Shown here piece by piece: positions 23,480-35,400 of a stretch of DNA of 64,000 bases. The notes under the pieces are model-generated. The model had not been told where the DNA came from. It worked only from the letters and a program-made list of their open reading frames with translations, and searched no databases. The translations under genes were made by a program, and so were the position numbers. How positions within the stretch are numbered: the first letter of the stretch is position 1; each line of letters opens with the position of its first letter. The stretch comes from an uncultured Holophagales bacterium (GTDB lineage Bacteria > Acidobacteriota > Thermoanaerobaculia > Multivoradales > UBA5704), in the NCBI GenBank assembly GCA_963842525.1, contig CAWJGT010000019.1, positions 470,191 through 534,190 of the forward strand, given 5' to 3'.

Positions 23480-26400
23480 GCGAACGGCCGGGACCCGCAG
23501 TCGCCATCGAGGAGGCGCTCGCCGGGCTCTCGCGGGAGGAGAAGGCCCTGCTCTTCGAACGGCTGCGCAAGCGGGAGAAGCCCGGCGGGCGGGACTCCGC
23601 GATCCCGCGCCGCCGGCCGGGCGTGGGGCCCCTTCCTCTCTCCTTCGCGCAGGAGCGCCTCTGGTTCCTCGACCGGCTGCAGCCCGGCGACCTCTACAAC
23701 GTTCCCTACGCGCTCTCGATCCGCGGCAACCTGGAGCCGGCCGCGCTGGCCGCCGCTCTCGGCGGGGTCGTGCGGCGCCACGAGGTGCTGCGCACCACCT
23801 TCGGCGAGCGCGACGGCCAGCCGGTGCAGGTCATTGCCCCGCCCGGCCCCTGGCGGCTGCCGCTCGTCGACCTCGCCGGGCTCCCCGCGGCGCAGCTCGA
23901 CGAGGAGCTGGCACGGCTCGCGGCCTGGGAGGCGCGGCGGCCGTTCGACCTCGCGGCCGGCCCCCTGCTGCGCACCACTCTTGTGCGTACCGCCGCGGCC
24001 GAGCACACGCTGCTGCTCGTCCTGCACCACATCGTCGCCGACGCCTGGTCCATGACGGTGCTGGTGCACGAGACCGCGGAGCTGTACCGCGCCGCGTCAA
24101 TGGGGCAGGCCCCGATGCTTCCCGAGCTGCCGATCCAGTACGCGGACTTCGCGCTCTGGCAGCGCTCCTGGCTGCAGGGAGAGGTGCTGGAGCGCCAGTT
24201 GGCGTATTGGCGGAGCCGCCTCGCGGACGCCCCGGCGGCGCTCGACCTGCCCTTCGACCGGCCGCGGCCGGCCGTGCCGAGCTTCCGCGGCGCCGCGCGG
24301 ACGATCGCCCTGCCGCCCGCCCTTGCGGCCGGCCTGCGCCAGCTCGCGCGGGACGAGCGCCTGACCCTGTTCATGGCCCTGCTCGCGCCGCTCCAGGGCC
24401 TGCTCGCGCGGCTCGCTGGCGTCGACGACGTCGTGGTCGGCACGACCGTGACCGGCCGCGACCGCCGCGAGCTCCAGGGGCTGATCGGCTTCTTCATCAA
24501 CACGCTGGCCCTGCGCACCGACCTCTCCGGAGACCCGGACGGCCGCGAGCTGCTGGGCCGGGCGCGCCAGACCACCCTGGACGCGTTCAGCCATCAGGAC
24601 CTGCCGTTCGAGAAGGTGGTCGGCGAGCTGAGCCTGCCGCGCGATCCCTACCGGCCGCCGCTGCTCCGGGTGCTTCTGCAGCTCCTGGCCCATCCCGAGG
24701 GCGGCCTGGACATCCCCGGGCTGACGCTCGCGCCCCACGGCCTCGACCGCGAGACGGTCAAGCTCGACCTGATCCTGAACGTCCACGACTACCCGGGCGG
24801 CGTGCTGACGGAGTGGCTCTACGACACCGACCTGTTCGACGCCTCCACGGTGGCACGCCTGGCCGGCAGCTTCCTCACCCTGCTCGAAGGCTGGGTCGAG
24901 GACCCCGCGCGACGGCTCTCCGACCTGCCGCTGCTGACCGCGGCACAACGCCACCAGCTTCTCGTGGAATGGAACCCGGGTCCGGCAGGGGAGCCCGCCT
25001 GGGGTTGCCGGGGCTGCCTGCACCGGCTCTTCGCCCACCAGGCGGAGCGGACGCCGGATGCGCCGGCCGTCTCGATGGGAGGTGGACGGAGGACGTACCG
25101 GGAGCTGGACGAGTCCTCCAACCGCCTCGCCCGGCACCTGCTCGCCGCCGGGATGCGGCCGGGCGATCGTGTCGCCCTTTTCCTCGACCGCTCGCTGGAC
25201 ATGGTGGAGGCGATCATGGCCGTCCTCAAGGCGGGCGCCGCCTACCTGCCGCTCGATCCGGCCTACCCTCGCGAGCGGATCGCCTTCGCCCTGGAGGACA
25301 GCGGAGCCGCGCTCGTCCTCACCGTCGCGGCGCGCTCCCCGGAGTTGCCGGAGATCCCAGAAAACACCGCGCGGGTGCTCGTCCTCGACCGCGAGCGCGA
25401 CGCCATCGCCCACCGCAGCAGCGGGCCGGTCGAGGCCGCGGCCGATCCGGAGCTGCCGGCCTACGTCATCTACACCTCCGGCTCGACCGGCCGCCCCAAG
25501 GGGGTGGTGGTGCCGCACGGCAACGTCACCCGGCTCTTCACCGCCACCGCGCCCTGGTTCGGCTTCGGCCCGCAGGACGTTTGGACCCTCTTCCACTCCT
25601 ATGCCTTCGACTTCTCGGTCTGGGAGATCTGGGGGGCGCTCCTCCATGGCGGCCGGCTGGTCGTGGTGCCGTACTGGGAGAGCCGCGCGCCCGAGGCCTT
25701 CTACAAGCTGCTGCGCGATGAGCGGGTGACGGTGCTGAATCAAACGCCATCGGCTTTCCGGCAGCTTTTGTGGGCGGAGGAGGCGGTGGGACCTCACCCC
25801 CTGTCCCCCTCTCCCATCTCCCACCCACCCTATCCCCGGGAGAGGGGGGACGTTGCTCAGGCGATTCCAGCGAGCCCGGGCACGGGTGCCCTGGATGCGT
25901 CCCCCCTCTCCCGGCGGGGGGTGGAAGGGAGATGGGAGAAGGGGCTAGGGGGTGAGGACACGCTCTCTCTGCGCTTCGTGATCTTCGGCGGCGAGGCGCT
26001 GGAGCCGGCGATGCTCCGGCCCTGGTTCGACCGCCATGGCGACGAACGGCCACGGTTGGTCAATATGTACGGCATCACCGAGACCACGGTCCACGTCACG
26101 TACCGGCCGCTCGGGCGGGAGGACAGGAGGAGCGTCGTGGGCCGGCCGATCCCCGACCTGACGCTCCACGTGCTCGACCGCAGCCTCCAGCCGCAGCCGC
26201 TCGGGGTGGCAGGGGAGATCTGCGTCGGCGGGGAAGGGCTCGCCCACGGCTACCTGGGGCGGCCGGCGCTGGCCGCCGAGCGCTTCGTCCCCGATCCCTT
26301 CGGGGTTCTCCGGGGCGAAGCGGGCGCGCGGCTCTACCGTTCGGGCGACCTGGCGCGGCGACTGGTGGACGGCGACCTGGAATACCTGGGCCGCGTCGAC

Positions 26401-29400
26401 CACCAGGTCAAGATCCGCGGCTTCCGCATCGAGCTGGGGGAGATCGAGGCGGCGCTGACGCGCCATCCGGCCGTGGGCGAGGCCGTGGTCCTGGCGCGCC
26501 GGGATGCCGGCCACGGCGAGGATCGCCTGGTGGCCTACGTGACCGCCGGGCCGCAGCCCTCTCCCGCCCTGCCGGAGCTGCGGGCCTTCCTCGCCGGGAG
26601 CCTCCCCGACTACATGCTCCCCGCGGCCCTGGTGGTCCTCGACCGCCTGCCGCTGACGGCCAACGGCAAGGTCGACCGCCGTGCCCTGCCCGCTCCGGAG
26701 GCCGTGTCCACGGCCAGTCGCGAGCAGGTGCCGCCGCGCGACGCGTTGGGGCACGCCCTGGCCGGTCTCGTCCGCGAGGTCCTGGCGATCCCGGCCGAGC
26801 AGGAGACCGGCGTTTTCGACGACTTCTTCGAGCTGGGCGGGACATCGATCACAGGTGCCATCTTCATCAACCGGCTCCAGGAGACGTTGGAGGAGATCGT
26901 CCAGGTGGTGGTGATCTTCGACTATCCCACGGTCGATGCCCTGGCCGGCTATGTCCGGCACGAGCACCCGAAGGCCGTGGCGCGGCTCTGGCCTGCGGCT
27001 CTGGAGCCGGTCGACGAGACGAAGCCGGCCCGGTTCCGTGGCCTCGTCCGCCCCGTCGCCCATATCGCCGAGGATTGGTCCGCCATCCAGCCGGCGGGCT
27101 GGCGCGAGGGCGAGCCCATCCCCCTGTCGTCCGCCCAGGAGAGGCTGTGGTTCCTCGACCGGCTCGCCCCCGGCTCGCCGGTCTACAACATCTCTACCCC
27201 CCTGCGGCTGAGCGGGCCCTTGCGAGTCCCGGCCGTGGCCGCGAGCTTGCGCGAGATCCTGCGCCGTCACATGGCATTGCGCACGCGCTTCGTGGCGCTC
27301 GGCGGCGTGCCGCACCAGGTCGTGGACCCCGTTCCGGAAGACGTCCTCCCGGTGGTCGACCTCGCGGGGCTGCCGGAACCGCTCCGCGAGGGCGAGGCCC
27401 AGCGTCTCGCGGCGGCCGACGCGGTCCGGCCGTTCGATCTGGCGCGCGGGCCGATGCTACGCACCCTCCTGCTGCGGCTCGGCCCAGAGGAACACGTCTC
27501 CCTTGTGGCAATGCACCACATCGCCTCGGACGGCTGGTCCATGGGCGTGTTGATCCGCGAGCTGGCGGTTCTCTATGGCGCGTTGGCGCAGGGCCGGCCT
27601 TCGTCCCTGCCGGAGCCGGCCATCCAGTACGCCGACTTCGCCGTCTGGCAGCGGCGGTGGCTCCAGGGCGAACGGCTGGAGCGCGAGATCGCCTACTGGC
27701 GGGAGGCGCTGGCCGGCGCGCCGGTGCTCGACCTGCCGGTCGACCGGCCGCGACCGCCGGTGCAGACCTTCCGCGGCGCCCAGTTGGGATTCCACGTGCC
27801 GGCCGAGGTGGCCGCCGCGTTCGCCGCGGCCGGCCGGAGGGAGCGGGCGAGCCTGTTCATGACGCTGCTGGCGGGCTTCGCCGTTCTCCTCTCCCGGTAC
27901 GCGGGCCAGGACGACGTCTCCGTGGGCTCGCCGGTCGCCAACCGCACGCGGAGCGAGATCGAGGGGCTGATCGGGTTCTTCGTCAACACCCTGGTGCTGC
28001 GCACGGACCTCTCCGGCGATCCCTCGTTCGGCGAGCTCCTGGGCCGGGTGCAGCGTACGGCGGTGGGGGCCTTCGCCCACCAGGAGGTGCCCTTCGAGAA
28101 GATCGTGGAGGAGCTGCAACCGAAGCGCGACCTGTCGCGCTCGCCGCTCTTCCAGGTGATGCTCACGCTCCAGAACGCCTCGTCCGAGAAGCTGGAGCTG
28201 CCGGACCTGACCCTGAGCCCTCTCGAGGGCGGCGGGACCACGGTGGCGAAGTTCGACCTGACGCTCGCCCTCTTCGAGGCACCGGACGGCCTGGCCGGGA
28301 GCTTCGAATACAACACCGACCTCTTCGACGCCGCGACGATCGGCCGGCTCGCACGGTGCTTCCAAACGCTGCTGGCCGCGGCCGCGGTGTCGCCGGAGCC
28401 GGTTTCGGAGCTGCCGCTGCTGAGCGATGCGGAACGGCGCCAGCTCCTGGAGCGGGGCAGGGCGGAATCGTCCGGAGGCATCGTCTGCCTCCACGAACGC
28501 TTTGCGCAGCAGGCGCGGGAGGCGCCGGCGGCCCCGGCGATCACCTTCGCGGGTGCGACCCTGAGCTATGCCGAGCTGAATCGGCGGGCGAACCGGCTGG
28601 CTCATGCGCTACGTGCGCGCGGGATCGGCCCCGGCGACCTCGTGGGCCTCTCCCTGGAGCGCTCGCTCGACCTGGTGGTCGCGATCCTGGGCGTGCTCAA
28701 GTCCGGAGCTGCCTATGTGCCGATCGATCCGGACTCCCCGGCCGAAAGGACCGCCTGGATCCTGGCCGACAGCCGGGTCGCGCTGCTGCTGACCGACAGC
28801 ACGTTGGCCGAGGCGGATAAGACTGCTGATCGGGACGACGACCAGGTGCCGTGGTCCGCTCCGGAGGATCCGGCCTACGTCATCTACACCTCGGGCTCGA
28901 CCGGGAAGCCCAAGGGCGTCGTGGTCACCCACGCCAACGTGGCGCGCCTGTTCGCATCGACCGAGGGCTGGTTCGGCTTTGGTCCTGAGGATGTCTGGAC
29001 GCTGTTCCACTCCACGGCCTTCGACTTCTCGGTCTGGGAGATCTGGGGCGCTCTGCTCTACGGCGGGCGCCTGGTGGTGGTGCCGTACTGGGTCAGCCGT
29101 TCGCCGCAGGACTTCTACCGCCTGCTGGTGACGGAGCGGGTGACGGTGCTCAACCAGACGCCGTCGGCCTTCCGCCAGCTCCTCTGGGCGGAGGAGTCGG
29201 TGCTCGACGGCGGCCCCCCCGACCTGGCTTTGCGCTGCGTCATCTTCGGCGGCGAGGCCCTGGAGCTGTCGAGCCTGGCCCCCTGGTTCGCCCGCCATGG
29301 AGACCACCGTCCCGAGCTGGTCAACATGTACGGCATCACCGAGACCACGGTCCACGTCACCTGGCGTCCGCTGCGGCAGGAAGACACGGCACGAGGAAGC

Positions 29401-32400
29401 GTCGTGGGCCGGCCGATCCCGGACCTGGCGCTGCACGTCCTGGATCCCAAGCTGGAGCCCCAGCCGCTCGGGGTGCCAGGGGAGATCTGCGTCGGCGGCG
29501 GAGGGCTCGCCCTGGGCTACCTGAACCGGCCGGACCTGACGGCGGAGCGCTTCGTCCCCGATCCCTTCGGGTCTCCTGGAACGCGCCTGTACCGCTCGGG
29601 CGACCTGGCGCGGCGGCTGACGGATGATTTGGAATACCTGGGGCGCATCGACCAGCAGGTCAAGATCCGCGGCTTCCGCATCGAGCTGGGCGAGATCGAG
29701 GCGGCGCTGTCGAGCCATCCCGCTGTACGCGAGGCGGTCGTGGTCGCCCGTGAAGGGCAGCTCGTCGCCTACGTGGTGGCCGCTCCCGATCAGGAGGAGC
29801 CCACGCTCGAAGATCTGCGGTCGGCGCTTACAGCCCATCTGCCGGACTACATGCTGCCCTCGGCGTTCGTGCTGCTGCCGGCCCTGCCGCTGACCGCCCA
29901 TGGCAAGGTGGACCGGCGGGCCCTGCCGGAGCCGGAGTGGAGACCGGCGCAACGGCAGTCGGTCGCGCCGCGCACGGACCTCGAAAGGCTGGTGGCCCAC
30001 CTGTTCGCGGAGACGCTGGGGCTCGACCGGGTGGGAGTGCACGAGGACTTCTTCGAGCTCGGCGGCAGCTCGATCACCGGTGCCATCCTGATCAACCGGC
30101 TCCAGGAGGCGACCGGCGAGGCCATTCCGGTGGTGGCGATCTTCGAGACGCCGACCGTCGCCGGCCTGGCCGAGCGCCTGTCTCCCTCCGCGGTGCGCCT
30201 TGGCGATCAGGCGCCGCCGCTCGTCCCGGTGCCGCGTGAGCGCGACCTTCCGCTCTCCTTCGCCCAGCAGCGGCTCTGGTTCCTCGACCGGATGGAACCG
30301 GGGAGCCCGGCCTACAACCTGCCCAACGCCGTGCGCATCCGCGGCCGGCTCGACGTGCCGGCGCTCGGCCGCACGCTCCAGGAGTTGGTGCGTCGCCACG
30401 AGACGCTACGCACCTCCTTCGCGCTGCGTAATCGCCAGCCGGTGCAGGTCATTGCGCCGGATGTCCTGGCGGGGGTTTTCGCTCTGCCGGTCGTCGACCT
30501 GGCCGCGCTCCCGGAGGAGGCCCGCGAAGCCGCACTGCCCGCCGAAGCCGCGGCCGAGGCGCTCCGGCCGTTCGACCTGAGCCGGGCACCGCTGCTGCGC
30601 GCCACGCTGCTGCGGCTGGGGGATGACGACCACGCCCTGCTCCTCACCATGCACCACATCGTCTCGGACGCCTGGTCGATGGGGGTCCTCGTCACCGAGG
30701 TGACGCGGCTCTACGGCGCCTTCGTCCGTGGCGAGCCCTCGCCGCTCCCCGCGCTGCCGGTCCAGTACGCGGATTTCGCGGTCTGGCAGCGCCAGTGGCT
30801 CCAGGGCGACGTGCTGGCGGCCCAGCTTGCGTACTGGCGGCAGCAGCTCGCCGGCGCGCCGGTGCTCCAGCTCCCCACTGACCGGCCGCGTCCCGCGGTG
30901 CAGACCTGGCGCGGCGCCGATTTCTCCTTCCTGTTGCCGGCTCCCCTCATCCAGTCGCTGACCGCTCTCGGTCATCGGCACGGGCGCCACCGGGCCACGC
31001 TGTTCATGACGCTCCTGGCGGGCGCCCAGCTCCTGCTCTCCCGGTACAGCGGCCAGGACGACGTCACCGTGGGCTCGACGATCGCCAACCGTACGCGGCC
31101 CGAGCTGGAGGGCCTGATCGGGTTCTTCGTCAATACGCTTGCCCTGCGGCTGGATTTGACGGGGGACCCGTCGTTCGCGGACCTCCTGGACCGGGCGCGG
31201 GAGGTGACCGTCGGCGCCTATGCCCACCAGGACCTGCCGTTCGAGCAGCTCGTGGCCGAGATCCAGCCGGAACGGGACCTCGGACGCTCGCCGCTCTTCC
31301 AGGTCCTCGTCCAGCTCCAGAACACCCCGGCCGGCACCGCGGAGCCGGCGCCCGGCCTGGTCCTGGAGCCTGTCCAGAAGCCGGGCCAGACCGCGAAGTT
31401 CGACCTGGTCCTGAACCTGGCCGAGACCGCCGAGGGCCTCTGGGGCCAGTGGAAGTACAACCGCGACCTGTTCGAGGAGGCGACGATCGCCCGCCTGTCG
31501 AGCGATCTGGAGACCCTGCTCGCCGCGGTGGCGGCGGAGCCGGAGCGCCGGATCGCGGAGCTGCCGCTGCTGCATGGCGAGGAACGGCGCCAGCTCCTGC
31601 CGCAGGCACCGGCCGCCCCGGTGGCCGCCTTCACGGGTGCGACCCTGGGCTACGCCGAGCTGGTCGAGCCGCGCAACGAGGTCGAGCGGTTCGTGGCCGG
31701 CCTCTTCGCCGAGGCCCTGGGGCTCGACCGGGTGGGAGTCCACGAGGACTTCTTCGCGCTCGGTGGCAATTCGATCACCGGCGCCATCCTGATCAACCAG
31801 CTCCAGGAGACCCTCGGAGAGATCGTCCAGGTGGTGGTGATCTTCGACGCCCCGACAGTCGCCGAGCTGGCCGACTACCTGGCGCGCGAGCATCCGCAGG
31901 CGGCGGAACGGCTCTGGGGCCTGGCCGCCGTGGAGCAACGAGGAGCCGGGCGGGTCGGCGATGCGCAGATCGCGGCGCTCCGGGCGCTGTTGGGTGGCGG
32001 CGCCCCTCTCCCGCTCGGGGTGGGGGATGGTGGACGCGCGGGGGAGGGGTCGGGGGAGGGGGCCCTCTTCGTCCTGGCGCCGCCGCGCTCGGGCACCACA
32101 CTCCTCCGCGTCATGCTCGGCGGCCATCCGGCTCTCTTCGCGCCGCCGGAGCTGGAGCTCCTGTCCTTCAACACCCTGGCCGAGCGCCGGGCCGCCTTCC
32201 CGGGCCGCGACAGCTTCTGGCTGGAGGGGCTCGTCCGGGCCGTTATGGAGATCCGCGGCTGCGGCGCCGAGGAGGCCGCGGCCCTGATGGAGGACCTGGA
32301 ACGGGAGGGGCTGACGACCGCCGAGCTCTACGGCCGGCTCCAGTCCTGGCTCGGCGGGCGGATGCTGGTGGACAAGACGCCGTCCTACGCCCTGGATCCC

Positions 32401-35400
32401 GCGGTCCTGCGACGGGCCGAGGAGGTCTTCGACGGGCCGCGCTACATCCATCTGATGCGCCACCCGCTCGGCATGATCCACTCGTTCGAGGAGGCCAAGC
32501 TCGACCAGATCTTCTTCCGCTACGAGCACTCGTTCTCCCGCCGCGAGCTGGCCGAGCTGATCTGGACGGTGAGCCACCAGAACATCGTCGATCTCCTCCA
32601 GGACGTGCCTGCCGAGCGGCAGCACTGGGTCCACTTCGAGGAGCTGGTGCGCGAGCCGGAGCGCGTGCTGCGCGGGATCTGCGCCTTCCTGGGGATCGAC
32701 TACCACCCCGCCATGGCGCAGCCCTACGAGGAAGGCTCCGCGCGGATGACCGACGGCCTGCACGCCGCGTCCCGGATGCTCGGCGACGTCAAGTTTCACC
32801 AGCACCAGGGCGTCGACGCCCGCGCCGCCGAGCGCTGGCGGGAGGAGCTCGGCGAGGAGGCCCTGGGCGAGCCGTCGCGGCAGATGGCGGCGCGGCTCGG
32901 GTATTCCCTGGAGACAGGCGGGAAGGAGCTGGGGCAGATCGCGTCCTCCGGCTGGCACGAGGGCGCTCCGCTCTCCTTCGCCCAGGAGCGGCTCTGGTTC
33001 CTCAGCCGGCTGGACCCCGATTCCGCGACCTACAACATCGCCGCCGCCCTGCGCCTCCGCGGCCGGCTCGACACGCCGGCCCTGGAGGGGGCTCTGCGGC
33101 AGATCCTGCGGCGCCATGCCGTGCTGCGGACGACCTTCGACGCCGTGGACGGCCGCGCGCGCCAGAACGTCGGACCCGTGGAGGGGTTGGACCTGCCGCT
33201 CGTCGATCTCTCCGCCCTGCCGGCCGCCCTGCGCGAGCCCGAGCTGCGGCGCCTGATCGACGAGGCGGCCCAGCTCTCCTTCGATCTGGAGCGCGACCTC
33301 CTGCTCCGTCCGCTCCTCCTGCGCCTGGGCCAGGACGAGCACGGCGCCGTCCTGGTGATGCACCACATCGCCGCGGACGGCTGGTCCATGGGTGTGCTGA
33401 TCCGCGAGCTGGCCGCTCTCTACAGGGCTTTCACCCAGGGCCAGCCGTCGCCGCTGCCGGACCTGCCGATCCAGTATGCGGACTTCGCGCGCTGGCAGCG
33501 CGAGTGGTTGAAGGATGAGCGGCTCGACCGCGAGCTCGCCTTCTGGCGCGACGCGCTCGCCGAGGCGCCCGTTCTCCAGCTCCCCACCGACCGGCCGCGG
33601 CCCCCGGTGCAGACCTTCCGTGGAGGCAGGCGTTTCCTCCTGATGCCGGCACGGATCGGCGAGCCTCTGACCGCCGTGGGCCAAGGGGAGGGCGCGAGCC
33701 AGTTCATGACTCTGCTGGCGGGCTTCGCCGCCCTCCTCGCCCGCTACGCCGGGCAGGATGACGTCTCGATCGGCACGCCCATCGCCGGCCGCACCCGGGC
33801 TGAAATTGAAGGGCTGATCGGGTTCTTCGTCAACACGTTGGTCCTGCGCACGGACCTGTCCGGTGATCCGCCGTTCCGCACCCTCCTCAGACGGGTACGG
33901 AGCGCCGCGGTCGCGGCCTTCGCCCACCAGGACCTCCCGTTCGAGAAGGTGGTCGAGGAGCTGCAGCCGGAGCGGGACCTGTCGCGCACGCCCCTCTTCC
34001 AGGTGATGTTCACCCTGCAGAACGCCCATTCCGAGACCCTGAAGCTGCCAGGGCTGACCCTGGAGCCCCTCGGCGCCGACACCGGGGCGGCCAAGTTCGA
34101 CCTGACGCTGGCGATGGCCCAGGGTCCGGCGGGCCTCTTCGCAACGTTCGACTACAACCTCGACCTGTTCGACGGCCCGACGATCGACCGCATGGCCGAG
34201 CACCTCGCCATGCTCCTGGAGGGAGTGGTCGCGGAGCCCGACCGCGCAGTCTCCGAGCTGCCGCTTCTGACCGCGGGCGAACAACACCAGCTCCTCGCCG
34301 AATGGCCGGGCACCGCTCCCGCGGGCTGTTCCGTCCCTGTCGATCAGCTCTTCCGCGAGCAGGCCGCGCGGACCCCGGGCGCCGTGGCGCTTCTGTTCGG
34401 CGACGAGCGGATCACCTATGCCGAGCTGGACGAAAGGTCGGACCGGCTGGCCCGGGAGCTGGCGGCGGCCGGCGTGGGCCCCGAGGTCCGGGTCGCCGTC
34501 GCCCTGGAGCGCTCGCCCGCTCTGATTGAGGCGTTTTTCGGCGTGCTCAAGGCGGGCGGGGTGTACGTGCCGATCGATCCGTCCTATCCGGCGGAGCGGA
34601 TCGAGTTGATGCTGGAGGATTCCGGCGCGGCGGTGGTGCTGCGGGACCCTCACCCCCCTAGCCCCCCTCTCCCATCCGCACTCCCGATCCCCCTGGAGAG
34701 GGGGGAACAAAGCAGAAGCAGTCTTGAGCTAGAGAAGCTTTTCTCCCCTCTCCCGGGGGAAGGGAGTGCGGATGGGAGAGGGGCCGGGGGTGAGGGCCCC
34801 GCCTACGTCATCTACACCTCCGGTTCCACCGGCCGACCCAAGGGCGTCGTCGCCCTCCACCGCGGCCTCGCGACCTTCAGCCTCGCTATGGCCGACGCAC
34901 TGGGCCTCGGTCCCGGCGACCGCTTCCTGCAGTTCGCGTCGCCTTCCTTTGACGCCTCGGCCGTGCAGATCTTCCCAACGCTGCTGAGCGGGGCCACGCT
35001 CGTCCTTCACCCCGATCCGACCGCGCTGTCTCCGGCCGAGCTGTTGGTCTTCTGCGCCGACCAGGGGGTGACCGTGCTCGACCTGCCGGGGGCTCTCTGG
35101 CGCCAGACGGTGCAGGAGATGGCGTCCGGCGCCGCGCCACATCCACCCGTCCGGGCCTGGTTGACGGGCGGCGAGAGCCTGTCCCTCGAAGCCCTGCGGC
35201 AGTGGGCCGGGACGGTGGACGGTGAGAGCCTGTTCCTCAGCTCCTACGGCCCTACCGAGGCCACGATCACCACGACCGTCTTCACCCTGCCCGCGCGGGA
35301 GGTCGCCTCCCTTCCTGCCTTCGGCGCTCCCGTGGGCCGGCCGCTCGGCGGTGCCGAGGTCTACCTGCTCGACGCGGCCCTGCAGCCGGTTCCGGCGGGC

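Noticed and set aside
25792-25957. Inteins or self-splicing introns as an explanation for the in-frame inserts
   Set aside because: No Cys/Ser..His-Asn intein termini, too short, read in different frames, and conservation is at the DNA palindrome level.
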